Source: Octopus vulgaris (lineage: Eukaryota). Taken from it: 64,000 bases of DNA. The translations under genes and the position numbers were made by a program. The notes beneath the pieces were generated by a model. The model was not told the origin of the DNA. It worked only from the letters and a program-made list of their open reading frames with translations, and searched no databases. The stretch lies in assembly GCA_951406725.2 (NCBI GenBank), contig OX597815.1, forward strand, positions 158,534,001-158,598,000. Direction: 5' to 3'. Within the stretch, counting starts at the first letter, position 1. Each line of letters opens with the position of its first letter. This document shows, piece by piece, positions 26,062 to 39,843 of the stretch.

Positions 26062-26144
<83 letters not shown>

Positions 26145-26147
<3 letters not shown>

Positions 26148-26275
26148 TCTGCCGAAGTCGACTTTGCCTTCATCCTTTCAGGGTCAATAAATCGAGTACC
26201 AGATGAGCACTGGGATCGATGGGCTCGACTTCCCCATCCTACGAAATTGCAGGCCTTGTACCAAAATTTGAAAGC
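26145..26275 (+). mobile_element. SINE family C, 5'-truncated
   Basis: GTCGACTTTGCCTTTCATCCTTTCAGGGTCAATAAATCGAGTACCAG. Confidence 0.8.
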
Positions 26276-26348
26276 AATTTATATATATATATATAGCTGA
26301 TAAGTGGTGATAATGAGTTCGAATTTCAGCCTGTTAGCCTTCATTGGA

Positions 26349-26389
26349 CAGTTCGGTGAAGGCCAGGTGACCGAAACTTCGAGTCACTT
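26349..26389 (+). ncRNA. degenerate hammerhead motif
   Basis: AGT-TCGGTGA-A-GGCCA-GG-TGACC-GAAAC-TTCGA-GTC-ACT. Confidence 0.5.
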
Positions 26390-26516
26390 TTATCACACCC
26401 GTTTTTAAAAAGTATAATAAATATGTACTCTACAAAAATCATTGAATAATCCTTCTGTTTAATGTAAAATTGTTTTTATTTATTTATCTATTTTTTATTA
26501 TTATAATTGAATATAG

Positions 26517-26730
26517 GGCGGCGGCGGGCTGGCAGAATCGTTAGCACGCCGGGCAAGCTGCTTAGCGGAATTTCGTCTGTCTTTATGTTCTGAGTTCAAA
26601 TTTCGCCGGGGTAGACTTTGCCTTTTATCCTTTCGAGGCCAATAGCATTAGTACTTGTTGAGTACTGAGATCGAGATGATCGACTTACCCCTCCTCCGAA
26701 ATTGTTGGCCTTATGTCAAAATTTGAAACC
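26517..26730 (+). mobile_element. SINE family C (Meta-domain-like), full length
   Basis: Head GGCGGCGGGCTGGCAGAATCGTTAG, B box GAGTTCAAATT, and GACTTTGCCTTTTATCCTTTCG. Confidence 0.85.
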
Positions 26731-26904
26731 ATCATAACTCGACATTAAAACACATACACACACGTATAAGCAAGCAAGCAAGCAAGCGGCAAAGTAAGTA
26801 AAGGAAGGTACAGCAAGCAAGGTGTGCTGCTGGTGCTACAAGAAAGAAGTAAGTAAGTAAAGGTGCTGCTGCTGCTGCTGCTGCTGTTGCTGTTGCAAGC
26901 AAGG

Positions 26905-26943
<39 letters not shown>

Positions 26944-27080
26944 TGCTTGCTGCTGGGCTGCCAGCAAGGCGTTGCTGCTGGCATGGTTGCTGCTGCTGCT
27001 GCTGCTGCTGGCTGCTGTTGAAGGCGTTGCTGCTGGGTAAGCTGGTTGCTGCTGCTGTTGGTAAGCAATAACACTGCGTA

Positions 27081-27771
<691 letters not shown>

Positions 27772-28431
27772 ATGCATGCATCCGTGCGTGCGTGCGTGCG
27801 TGCGTGTGTGTGTATACATGTATGTATGTATGTTTGTATGTATGTTCATACATACGTAAGTACGTATGTTTGTATGTATGTTTGGGCAATATTATTATTT
27901 ATATTGCAGTACATATAACAGGAACCTACATTTAGCGTTTAGTATTGCATTCAAAATTTGTATCTCTGTATCTGAACTGTATCCAATCTCGAAGACAATT
28001 CGGGTTGTAAAAACACTTAACTCAAAGTAGGTCCTATTTAAAATGAGAATCAAAATGTCCACATATTATGCATTAGGCAATCTTGTTTATTGAATCTTAA
28101 GTTTCGCACTCAGTGACAGCAAATATTATCTTCTATGTCTTAAAACATTTATCATAATAATGACATCTGAATATGTAAATGATTTTCGAGAACTTACGTT
28201 TTAATTATAGCTACAATGTCTATATTTCAACAACTATTTTTCAACTATTTGAAAGCTCATCTTTATTCATGCAAAAAGGGAAAAAAGAAACTTGATTTAC
28301 ACCCTTTCACATTGAATTTAAGTTGGAGAGTTGGTAATAAACAAGCGAGAAACGACTACAAAAGATTTCAAGCGTTTTAGACTCAAACAGTAACATGAAA
28401 ATAATTAATTTTGTTTGGTATCTATATGTAC

Positions 28432-28835
28432 TCTTACTCGTTACTCTTTTACTTGTTTCAGTCATTTGATTGTGGCCATGCTGGGTCACTGTCTTTAGTC
28501 GAGCAAATCGACACCAGGACTTATTCTTTGTAAGCCTAGTACTTATTCTATCGGTCTCTTTTTGCCGAACCGCAAACTTAAGGGGACGTAAACACACCAG
28601 CATCGGTTGTCAAGCGATGTTGGAGGAACAAAGACAGACACACAAACACATACATACATATTTATATACATATATACGACGGGTTTCTTTCAGTTTCCGC
28701 CTACCAAATCCACTCACAAGACTTTGGTCGGCCCGAGGCTATAGTAAAAGACACTTGCCCAAGGTGCCACGCAGTGGGAGTGAACCCGGAACCGTGTGGT
28801 TGGTAAGCAAGCTACTTATCACACAGCCACTCCTA
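28432..28835 (-). mobile_element. SINE family A, full length
   Basis: Collinear with the other copies. Confidence 0.9.
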
Positions 28836-28961
28836 CGACTGTGATGAACTTTTATCCTATAGTCATTTCAAGCTCTTTTCATGTCTATTTTTATTTTTAT
28901 CGTGAAGTTACATTAGGTCTACAAGAAATATGCAATTTTCTGCCAATACATCCACATTTAA

Positions 28962-29172
28962 GGGCGGCAAGCTGGCAGAATCGTTACCACGAGGGCAAAA
29001 TGCTTAGCGGAATTTCGTCCTTCCTCACGTCCAGATTTCAAATGCTGCCGAGTTCCCCTTAGCCTTTCACCCTTTCGGGTTCGATAAAATAAGTACCAGT
29101 TGAGCACTAGCGTCGATGTAATCGACTTATCCACTCCCTCGACATAGCTGGATTTGTGCCAAAAGTTGAAAG
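28962..29172 (+). mobile_element. SINE family C
   Basis: GGCGGCAAGCTGGCAGAATCGTTA...CCTTTCGGGTTCGATAAAATAAGTACCAG. Confidence 0.85.
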
Positions 29173-29971
29173 TAATATATCCATGTTTAACAGACATATG
29201 TATTACACAATGAAATCTATAAACGAGCTTTAAATTAAAGTGACATAATAAAAAAAATTCCAATTGTAGTCTTCTTATCATAGATCAACAGTCATTAAAC
29301 ACTAATAGTATTCAAATTGATAAATAATTCATTATTTCCCCAGAGAAACACAAAGCTAAAGCATTAATATTCTTTGGAAAACTTAAAACGGCTCTTGAGT
29401 TAATTTTGTTGTAAAATGTTGAATATTCCTTTCTTCCACTAAGCGCATCATAATGTTTAAAGTAGTTATACAACACTTATAAATAAACTCTTCACAAATG
29501 CGTTAGCAAATGATGTGTTCCGACGTTTTGTTAAGGTTTCATAAAATCAATATTAATGATTGCGTAAGGCGACGAGCTGGCCGAATCATTAACACACTTG
29601 GCAAAATGCTTGGCTACATTTCATTCGAAAGTAAAAGAACCTGTACTGGATCAACCATTGAGCAAAATAAGCACGTGCAAAGGATATCAAAGGAAGTGGG
29701 GAACACCACAGAAATAGCAAATGGTTTACGGTACAAAAGAAATCAGTTTAAACTTGCTAAAATGATATTTGAAGTGTTTTGTATGATCGGAAATATAATT
29801 TCAAAGCGTTCATAGTTAGGATCCGATGAAAGACTTTAAGTGTTTTGCTGAAGAACACAATGCACCACTCAGTCTAGGAATTGAAATCATTATCGCCAAA
29901 TCGTGAGTGCAACACCCTAATCATTGAGCTATGCGTCTTCTCTGTATGTGTATGTGTGTGTGTATATATAT

Positions 29972-30159
29972 AAGGAAAGTTTAGGAAAAAAAAACAAAAG
30001 ACGAAGACAGGTGGTGTACAAAACAAACAGATGTATTAGTATATCGCTCAGGAATAGAAAAGTCTTTTACGTTTTGAGCCTACGCTCTTCTACAGAAAGG
30101 TACACAGAAAAAAACAAGGAGAGAAAAAATGTGTGTAGTGGCTAACGATCTATCATGGC

Positions 30160-30160
<1 letters not shown>
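29972..30160 (-). mobile_element. short PLE-like module with hammerhead-like motif (30064-30099)
   Basis: Third copy of the 14870 family, flanked by (TA)n. Confidence 0.7.
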
Positions 30161-30193
<33 letters not shown>

Positions 30194-30194
30194 T

Positions 30195-30470
30195 GTCTTT
30201 GTTGTTGTTTGTTCCTTCTCGAGCCATGCCTGGCTCATAAGGACCAGTTTCCCGGTTTCATTGGCGTATAGGTTTCTCACCTGGACGGGACGCCGGTCCG
30301 TCACAGGTGAGCTGCTAGATGCAGGAGGAAAGAGTGAAAGAAAGTTGTGGCGCCTGGAGCTTAGGTGTTTCACTCATAAACACACACACACATCGCCCGG
30401 CCTTAGATTCGAACCCGTGATCTCTCGACCGCGAGTCTGCTGCTCTAACCACTAGGCCATGTGTCTCCAC
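30195..30470 (-). mobile_element. SINE family B
   Basis: Head GGAGACACATGGCCTAGTGGTTAGAG with B box GGTTCGAATC. The body is related to 14047. Confidence 0.8.
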
Positions 30471-30533
30471 CACTGCTCTAACTACTAGGCCAATGTTTTA
30501 TTAAATAATTTGCTCGTGACGAAATATCGTACA

Positions 30534-30723
30534 TCTATTATATATAAATCACAGTATGTGTGTGTATATTGACTAATGCATACATTTCCACAATTCCCAA
30601 CCGATTTTCATCAAACTTTACACACACATTATTTACGTCTAAAGGATGGTCATGCACTATAACATTTCCCCAGAGCTCCTGCGTAAATGGAAAAACCGGC
30701 GGTTAACACGGGTTTTTCTCTAA
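30534..30723 (+). mobile_element. short non-autonomous Helitron
   Basis: It starts A|TCTATTATATATAAA, contains CCGATTTTCATCAAACTTT, and ends in the hairpin AAAAACC.G...C.GGGTTTTT followed by CTAA|T (CTRR). Confidence 0.65.
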
Positions 30724-31537
30724 TTCGTTGTATGTACATAGTTTTTTTTGTATGTAGGGTCTTTCATACTTTTTTAATCTATATAGTTGTATACTGGCAT
30801 TAGAGAACATTTTTAGTGGTTTTCACATTTTAAAAATTTATCATTTATTTATGTTGTAATTGTGTATTATTACCTGGTAAGAGAATATAAAAGTGAACGG
30901 ATTTTGTTTATTTATTTATTTCGACTGTCCACCTGCGACGGTGATTAAATTGACTAGGAACACTGTACGTGGTGAATATCCAATACCAAACAATCTTAAT
31001 CACTACATTTAAACTGCATTAAACTTTGGTAAGCATACCTTTACCTATTCTGAGTTACTTGAAAGGTGATGTTCCCTTCCCTCTCTTCTATTTGTTGATA
31101 CATTTGTTTATATAACAACGCGTTGTTTCACTTTAAGGATGCTTATTTACCCATCCATTATGATATTTCGAACGCAGCATTTTTGAAAGGGATTCAAAGA
31201 GAATAGTTGATGTCAGTGGTATTCTTCTAGTCTGTGTGGTTTGGGTAAGAAATCTAGCAGTAAGTGCGTGTGTCCGTTTTATGGCTAAGGTCAGTGGCTG
31301 TAGAAATATTTTTAGCAATGAGAGTATGGGTGTGTAGGTAGTCGTGAATGGAGAAACCAGTTGAACGTTAATTTAGTTAGAAATAAGAGTTAGAATTAAA
31401 TATTAGGGGATTTATTAGGTTAAAGTTTAAAAATAAATTAAAGAATTAACATTTATTTTATAAAGTGATGAGGTAAAGTTGATGGAAGACATACACAGGA
31501 GTATGTGTTAACGCTCATGGAGGTTTGTATGTGAGTG

Positions 31538-31912
31538 TTATTCGTTGGGTAGGGGTGTTCTGAATTTACATTTGGATTTATGGATGAATTTAAAAGTGCG
31601 GAAGAATTTGTGTTTACACGTTGTGAAAGCTTCGTTGTGTTTGTTAAGCAATTGTGGTGAGTTAAGGATTAACATTTTGAGGGCTTCTTTTAAGTAGAGT
31701 CCACAAATGGACTGCTGGCCCTGACATGGGATACCAGACTCTATTATAGCTCAGAAAAGTTTATATTGAATCTTTCTTTTAATTAGATGGTGAACATACC
31801 TGGCTAGTGATGTGGAATTGCTATTCTCTTTATATTTAAACGGGTTTAAATGTGCATAATAGCTTTGCTTAAATTCTGTGGTAGATCCAATGTAGTAGCT
31901 ATTGGAGTTATT

Positions 31913-31915
<3 letters not shown>
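31538..31915 (-). pseudogene. Penelope-like element GIY-YIG endonuclease C-terminus
   Basis: One frame with a single internal stop: [38 protein letters not shown]...F*AIIESGIPCQGQQSICGLYLKEALKMLI...LLNKHNEAFTTCKH. This matches the Penelope EN pattern YIGxT..FKxRxxxH...STxL...WxII...CxLCLxE...LNxRxE...CxH. Confidence 0.85.
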
Positions 31916-31980
<65 letters not shown>

Positions 31981-32468
31981 TATATATATATATGTATATA
32001 TGTATATATCTATATTTATATGTATATATATATATACATATATGTGTATATATATATATGTATGTATATAATGTATACACATGTATACATTATATGCATA
32101 CATATATATACATACATATATACATTCATACATAAATATATCTATGCACACACGCACAAAATGTATGTATGCGTGTCTCTAAGTATGTATGCATGTATGT
32201 ATATATATGTATATATGTGTATGTATGTATGTTTGTATGTATGTATGTGATGGAGTACTTATTTCTGTTTGTAGAAATACACATGCTAGTGAGTATGACA
32301 ATTTCAAAGTTGATGTAAATTTGTAGCAGTCTATATCTGTATGTATGTGTGCATTAAATGTGTAGATGGGTTATGACATTTTCTGTCGTTGGCGGGATGT
32401 TTTTAATATCAATGTGGATGCGAATAGAATAGCAGATGGAAGAATATGAATCGGGGAAGAGCCCGAGC

Positions 32469-32511
<43 letters not shown>

Positions 32512-35228
32512 TGGAAGAGAGTACGTTTCTGTGTGTGTGTATGTGTGTGTGTGTGTATGTGTGTGTGTGTGTGTGTGAGTGTGTGTGTGTGTGTGTGTGC
32601 TGCGTCTTTAAATATACATATGAATATGTGCGTGTAATGCCATCCTTCTAAACATGTGGCTGATATATGAATAACCTATTAAATTACAAAATATGTAATT
32701 ATGTCAGTATTTATATGCATTGAAAACGAAGGACATAATAAAGCAGATTCTTACTTCCAGTCCCAACCACTATGTCAGTTTTTTAGGTTTAGAAGACATA
32801 TTTTTGAGCTAAACTATAAGCCCCCTTTTTTAAAGACAATTACAATCAACTCATATACATATCATCCCGTCCATTGGACCCTGCTTTTAGTAAGTGTTTG
32901 CCTATGTGTATCCTTTTATTATTCTATGTTTCACCCCTAAAGTTTCCTTGTTTTTCTTAAAAATCATTCTAGCGTTAAGTTCACAATTTTGAAATGATGT
33001 AATTTATACAAAATGTTACACTTAATTAGAAATTCTCAGAGTAGCTCTCTCGTGGTTATGACAATATAAGCTTTTGATAAAGTAGTTGTTTATTACAATG
33101 TCAAGATATTGTCTGTTTTGGTGGAAATATTAGTTAACAATTATTCGCAAACATGACTGAGTTTTTAGACATAAATCTTATCGTCTAATTTCTAGAAGTG
33201 ACCTTATAGATAATGGAGTGGAACACAAATCTGATTGAGGCAGACAGCATAAAGATCCAGCTGGAATAGAAGGAAAATTAATCGGGTGTCAACAAAGCTT
33301 TTTGACAAAGATTTATTGGCATAGAATGTTAAACAAGAAGACAAAAAAACAACAATGAATATAAGTTTTATAGATTACTGTACACCTAAAATCACTTCTA
33401 GAATTTTCTGTCATAGGCATTCAAACGTGACACGAATGAAAACCCGTTAAAATGTTTCGTGCAAGTACATATTCACAAGAATATCAAAGAACGGAATTTC
33501 TGAAGAATCTTTTTTTTTCCCCTTCTCTTGTTCATTCATCCTTCCTGAACACCAGGAAATTTACTTAGACAAATAATTAGCAAAGGCTGTCTTTTTATAA
33601 AGTGGTTCTGGCATTTGTATTATTAATTACTTTTCTATCATCTTCATAAATAATGCTGTCCTTTAGGCTACAATTATAACATTTTTTCGTATTTTAAAGT
33701 CTGAAGATTTCAGACATAAACTGCTTCCTTCGTTTTGTTTAACGTTATAAGCAATGTAGGCATATATGTGATGTGTTGTGATTTCTTTGTAATTTTAGGT
33801 GTCCGGAAATGATGGATATTCATGGTAGATTGTGCCTAGAATGTACACTATCTCTACCTACACTTTCTCTTGTCAACCGGATTTCCTCTCAGCAGTCACT
33901 CCTAGTCATTAACCAGATTGACCACGAAATCATTTACTAAGGATTTCCCATCCAGAGATTCTAACTTCTATGTTATTTATTGCAACCATTAACTCACAAA
34001 ACTAACCAAACGACACTCTCCGTCGTTTATCGCCATTTCTAAGTTAACGATTATATAGGTTTGTTCTGTTTGAAATTTTCTTTAGTAACACCAACCTGCA
34101 ATAGTTGAACATTTCTTGCAACACAAGATGGCCCTAACAATGTCATGAGCGATGATCTTTTCTCTTTTCTTTCTCTTCGACTATATAGTGAAAAGAGCCT
34201 CTATGATTACGCTTTGGCTATGAAACGACAACAATGTGACAAAATCATACATCGGTCCAGTGAAAGCGAATACAAGTAAATAGTCATTTCTTAACTGTCA
34301 GATATATTTCTTAATAAATATTTTTCTTCTAGCCTTCGTTATTTGCTAATATGATATTCAACCAATCTACCTGATTTAATATCAACCGATCCACTTTAAT
34401 TTCTAAAGTAATTTTAAGAATTAGCAAAGACATTTTGTCAAAGTAATTGATTTCATATAAAGTTTGAAATTTTTTATCACTACTGAACAATGTCATTTTC
34501 ATTTTGACGTTAAACATAACTGTTATACGCAGAGAATACTCTAGTTGAAATTGTTCGACGTAAACAGCAACATTACATATATCGTTCGCACATAACTATC
34601 CTTTATTGTTCCTCAAAATGAAACAGGAAAAAAAAACGAAGCAAAGTTAAATCTGGTGTCAGTTCCGGTTTATTAGACGCCAGTGGTTTTTAAGAAAATG
34701 GCAGATACTATAACATGAAGAATCTACATTTCGCTCCCCTACTCACCTACTGCCTACTAAAACCAAAGGCTGTTTTCTTTGGTACAATGGACGAACACAA
34801 ACTTTTATGCATCAAAATTTGCCAGACGACAACAAAGTTCTCGTTTTCACTTAGTCATTGAGGCGCCCCCTACCAGAGATGAGCCGCTTCGCACACAGAG
34901 GGCGCCGTATCGTTGAAGCATATGGCTACAACAGCACTACACCTTTATCTCTGTGGCACATCTCTGTAAATAATCAGCGGATGCCATAGTAATCGGACCA
35001 GCTGTTTCCCTATTACTTCTTCTCAAAGAAAAACAAACATGTAAGATCAAAGGTTTAATGTGAAGAGTCATTACGAAGTGGGGAGGAAGAATTCTAAAGG
35101 TGAACAGTCTGAAATTAGAGGAAGAAAGATCTCTTACTGTGAAGATGAAAATAAAAAGCAAGGCATAAAGACGGAGAAAATGGTAAGAAGGAAGTGGGAA
35201 AAAAGAGAAGGTAAATGAAGAAAGAATG

Positions 35229-35308
35229 AAAGAAGAAGAAGAAGAAGAAGAAGAAGAAGAAGAAGAAGAAGAAGAAGAAGAAGAAGAAGAAGAAGAAGAA
35301 GAAGAAGA
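35229..35308. repeat. (GAA)n microsatellite
   Basis: Directly visible. Confidence 0.95.
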
Positions 35309-35471
35309 AAGGTGATAAAGTGCTAAAACTGTTGTAAAAAGGTATAAGAACAAAAAACTGAATGGCGAGGAAAGTAAAGTTTGCAAGGATAAGATAGGGT
35401 AACACACACATACAGACACTGTTACACATACACACGCACCCTCCACTCACACACGCATACACAAACACGCG

Positions 35472-35517
<46 letters not shown>

Positions 35518-36214
35518 GAGAGAGAGAGAAATGAAAGAGAGAAAGTGATAGAGAGAAAGAGAGAGAGAGAGAGATAATAATCATGCTAATTTCAGTTATC
35601 ACTTCCATTTCTGATCCGAACATGACCGTTGCTCGGAAGGACACGAACAACTAATTGAAGATTGCCATTATTAACCGTTATTACAGAGATATTGGAATGT
35701 TGTTGAATGGAGAAGAGAACTCCTAGATGGCGATATCGAGAGTAAACAATTGTAAGAATAACAGCTTTGGCAGCGGTGGTGGCAGCACTATAGTTAAATA
35801 GAACTGAACAACGTTTCAGTCTTAAGACGCTCACTATCATCCACTTGCGACAAATAATTATTGGAACTACTCCAGCTCTTTATTCTACTCTACATATAAT
35901 ACTACTCTGTCCATTATATTCAGCATCATTGATATCTTTCAGCGTCGACAACTTCATTCCGTTGAATTTACCTAAGTGTTCTAAAACGGCTGTACAAACC
36001 TATATTTAATAGTAAAGAATGCTGACAACACGGACAGAAGTGAACCTAATTAGGTCTAAAAGTCCTCGTTGTCTTGTCAGCTTTCTCCTCTCAGCCTCTT
36101 TATTACGGTCTGTTATTTTAAAGAAGTGGTATCTATTGTGGCATTTTATTTTCTTCCAAAACACGGATAAGATGCATCAACTAACCACGAAGTAAAAACA
36201 TCTAGCTTTTATCT

Positions 36215-36420
36215 TTTATCTTTTACTTGTTTCAGTCATTGGACTGCGACCATGCAGGGGAACCGCCTTGAAGGCTTTTAGTGAAATGAATCGACCTCTC
36301 CCAGTGTTTATTTTTAAAGTTTGATAATTATTCTTTCGGTTTCTTTTGCCTAACCGATGTGTTATTAGAATGTAAACACACCAATACCAGTTGTCAAGCA
36401 GTAACGGGGGACTAACACAA
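36215..36420 (-). mobile_element. SINE family A, 3' half
   Basis: 3' tail TTTTACTTGTTTCAGTCATTGGACTGCG. Confidence 0.75.
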
Positions 36421-36477
36421 ACATCGTGACACATATGCATACACGGACCCACACGCACACACGCACACACACACACG

Positions 36478-36509
<32 letters not shown>

Positions 36510-36512
<3 letters not shown>

Positions 36513-36668
36513 GCGCAGGTGTGGCCGTGTAGTAGGAAGCTTCCTTCCCAACTACATGGTTCTGGGTTCAGTCCCACTGCGTAGCACCTTAGGCAAATGT
36601 CTCCTATAATAGCCTCAGGTCGACCAAAGCCTTGTGAGTGGATTTGGTTGTCGGAAACTGGAAGAAGC

Positions 36669-36763
<95 letters not shown>

Positions 36764-36950
36764 TACATACATACATACATACATACATACATACATACAT
36801 ACATACAGATAGATAGATGTAAATTTTGAGTGTGTGTTTGTCCCCCCGTCATCACTCGACAACCGATGCTGGTGTGTTTATGTCCCTGTAACCTAGCCCT
36901 TTAAAGTGGTGCTCCAGCATGGCCGGAGTCAAATAACTGAAACAAAACTA
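36510..36950 (+). mobile_element. SINE family A with expanded internal microsatellite
   Basis: Head AGGCGCAGGTGTGGCCGTGTAGTAGG, then internal (TA)n(CATA)n, then tail GGTGCTCCAGCATGGCC. Confidence 0.85.
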
Positions 36951-37139
36951 AAGGATTATATGACGGGCTTCTTTCAGTTTCCGTCTCCCAAATCCACTCA
37001 CAAGGCTTTGATCATTCCGGAGCTATAGTAGACGACACTTGCCCATCGTGCTACGGAGTGGGCCTTAACCCAGAACAATATCTATATCTCCTCTTTTTTT
37101 TTTTTTTTTTGTAATGTTCACATTTCCCTAGATCTCTTT

Positions 37140-37495
37140 CCGAAATGAATACGATCGTGAATACAAGAAACCAATATGTAGCTCTTTCGAAAGATTTCTG
37201 GAAGAAATAACGTTACTCGACAGGGTACGTAGTTCGGAGCTCAGGGTCGCTCTCCCAGTCGAGACGCAGCTTCTCCGCATTGAGAGGCTACAGCTCCGGT
37301 ACAATGGACACGTGATTAGAGCGTCGCAGGAAAGGATCGCAAGACAGATTCTTCAAGTCAAGTCAAGGCCCAGGTGTGATAGACTAAACCCGAAGAGATT
37401 GGATAATATCCATTGTCTCATTTGGTCACAGGACTCTATGTAGGAAATAACTGAGGACTCCACCCGAACAACCACCCTCCAGGAATAGTGAGCGA
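37140..37495 (+). mobile_element. RTE (Expander-like) LINE 3' fragment
   Basis: Homologous to 20770-21195 (TCTCCGCATTGAGAGG...GATTCTTCAAG...CC.TCCA.GAATAGT). Confidence 0.7.
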
Positions 37496-38015
37496 AGAAA
37501 GGGGATAGATAGATGTTCACTTTATCTAATTTTTACCCCGTTGTATTAGCAGCTTCTGTCGGAGACGTTTCTTATAACTCTATGTAAATAAACATTTTGT
37601 ATATTAGTAAGTAGTCGATGGCTCGATATTGTATTAAATACAACTATCATTTCTTAAAAAGAGGTAGCGTGTACCAAACATTCGCTAATTATTCTAAGTA
37701 CCCGAATAGTCGTGAGCACGCACGCACTCACTCACTCTCTCTCCCTCTCTCACACACACACGCACACACACACACACGCACACACACACACATGCACACA
37801 CACACACACGCACACACACACACACACGCACACACGCACACACGCACACACACACACACGCACACACACACACACCACATAACCACATACACAATTCTTC
37901 GGCTCTCCGAAGCTTGACAATGTAGAACAAGCATGATTTGACAGCTGGCGGCGGTGTCTGCACCAACGCTCGACAGGTACTTTATGCTGCTGCTGCAGCC
38001 ACTACCACCACCACC

Positions 38016-38104
<89 letters not shown>

Positions 38105-38489
38105 GTTACGTACGAGCCTAGCAAGGACATTTTACAGTAGCGATCATATTGCTACCGTCTTAGAAATTGGAACGAAATATTTCAAAAGAAAAAATAGAAA
38201 AAGGAGTACGAGGACACTAGAGGGGTAACAATGTCGATAAAAGTCATACAGTAAAATTTGCATAATTTTTTTTTTTTTTTTTTGCTGCTTAATGCTTGTG
38301 AGGGTAGATGAAACCTGACGTTACTGGACGAACTCATAATCTGATAAAAGAATATAAATAATAAAAACCAAATAGCTTTAAAATTTAGCACTGGTTGCGT
38401 ACATGGAATGGCTGCTCGATATGGGTCTCTAGCACATTATATATCTCACCTTCATCGCATGTCTCTACAACGACGATATCCTATAAGCG

Positions 38490-38645
38490 CAGACGTGACT
38501 GCGTGGCAAGAAGCTTGCTTCCCAACCACATGGTTCATGGTTCAGACCCACTGCATGGCACCTTCGACAAGTGTCTTCTGCTATAGCCTCGGGCCAACCA
38601 AAGCCTTGTGAGTGGATTTGGTAAACGGAAACTGAAAGAAGCCTA
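38490..38645 (+). mobile_element. SINE family A, 5' half (3' half at 39845-40050)
   Basis: The head and CORE-like part are interrupted by the maT element. Confidence 0.8.
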
Positions 38646-38650
38646 TGGTA

Positions 38651-39843
38651 CAGGCTGCGGAAGCAAAACTTGGAATATTTTGGAAGCTTTATTTTTCATA
38701 TATTTCTGAGGGTAAATACTAAAATATTGTTTTCTATTTCAGAGTGGAGGTATATAGAGTTAATTTAAGCAGAAGTTCCAGTCATACGATCTAGTATGTC
38801 CACTCAAGAAGCCAAGAGTCAACGCATTGCAGATTTGCTTCGTGCCGGGGTTGCAATTAGACGTATTACTGAGATTGTCGGGCCTTCTGTGTCCACTGTC
38901 TACAACGTTAAGAACCAAATGCCGGATATGGGAGGCATCAAGAGAAAGCAAGGAAGTGGAGGCATGGATAAAAAATGGAATAATGCATTTCTTTAATCCC
39001 TCAAAGTCAAAATTTCGAAAAACCCAAGAACATCCATGAGAAAACTGTCCTTGGACATGAAAGATGATCCAAAGACCACCAGAACTGCTGTACACACAGA
39101 CTTACAGTTGGGGGTTATACGTGAGGAACCCGAGACACCTATTGCCCCATGCAACGAAAGTCAGAAGCCATGAAAGGGCCAAAAATGTCTTGCAATACCT
39201 GAAGCATTGCTAAGTCACCTTCTGAAGTAAATGGCGTTTTTAGGACCAAAGTATCTAGCTCAAGTTATGGTACTCGGAATCGTGGGGTCTGACGGAAAAT
39301 AAGATGCCTCTCCATTTTTTTCAAGTCTGGGGAAAAGGTGGGGACTGAAGTTTATTATAAAGTTCTGCGGTATAAGGTTTTGTCTTGGTTAAAGTCTCAC
39401 ATTTATTATGTGTGGACCCAAGATGGTACTCCTGCTCATATGTCGAAGAAAGCGTAGAAATTCTGCGAAGACAACTTCGCCGACTTTTGGCCTGCCAACT
39501 TCTGGCCTTCTTCCAGGCCAGACTTGAAACCCCTGGACTATACCGTATTGGGTAAATTGGCGCACTCTACCAATAAAACTTCGCATTCAAGTATCGATCA
39601 TGTTAAGCAATTCCTGAGGGAAACGTGGGACAACATGTCTGATACTACATCATGAAGAATTGTGACGCCTTCAGGCGGCGTGTGAAGGCTGTGGTGGACA
39701 ATGAAAGCGGGCATGTTGAATAAATTGTTTCTTTATATCCCTATAAACTTGTGTTAAAATTATACTTATATCCGGTTGCTGGTTGTAAAATGAACAATTT
39801 GGTGAATTATCTATTATTTTCCAAGATTTGGTTCCCCACCATG
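38651..39843 (+). mobile_element. decayed maT (DD37D) Tc1/mariner transposon
   Basis: Imperfect TIRs CAGGCTGCGGAAGCAAAACTTGGAA / TTCCAAGATTTGGTTCCCCACCATG with a TA TSD. The transposase remnant runs from 38796 (MSTQEAKSQRIADLLRAG...RKQGSG) to about 39723. QDG to DLKPLDY has exactly 37 residues between the catalytic Ds. Confidence 0.9.

Noticed and set aside
33700-33720. CTGAAGA with small hairpin; similar cores at 3635 and 44990
   Set aside because: They lack the stem II/GAAA/UH architecture and are chance matches.
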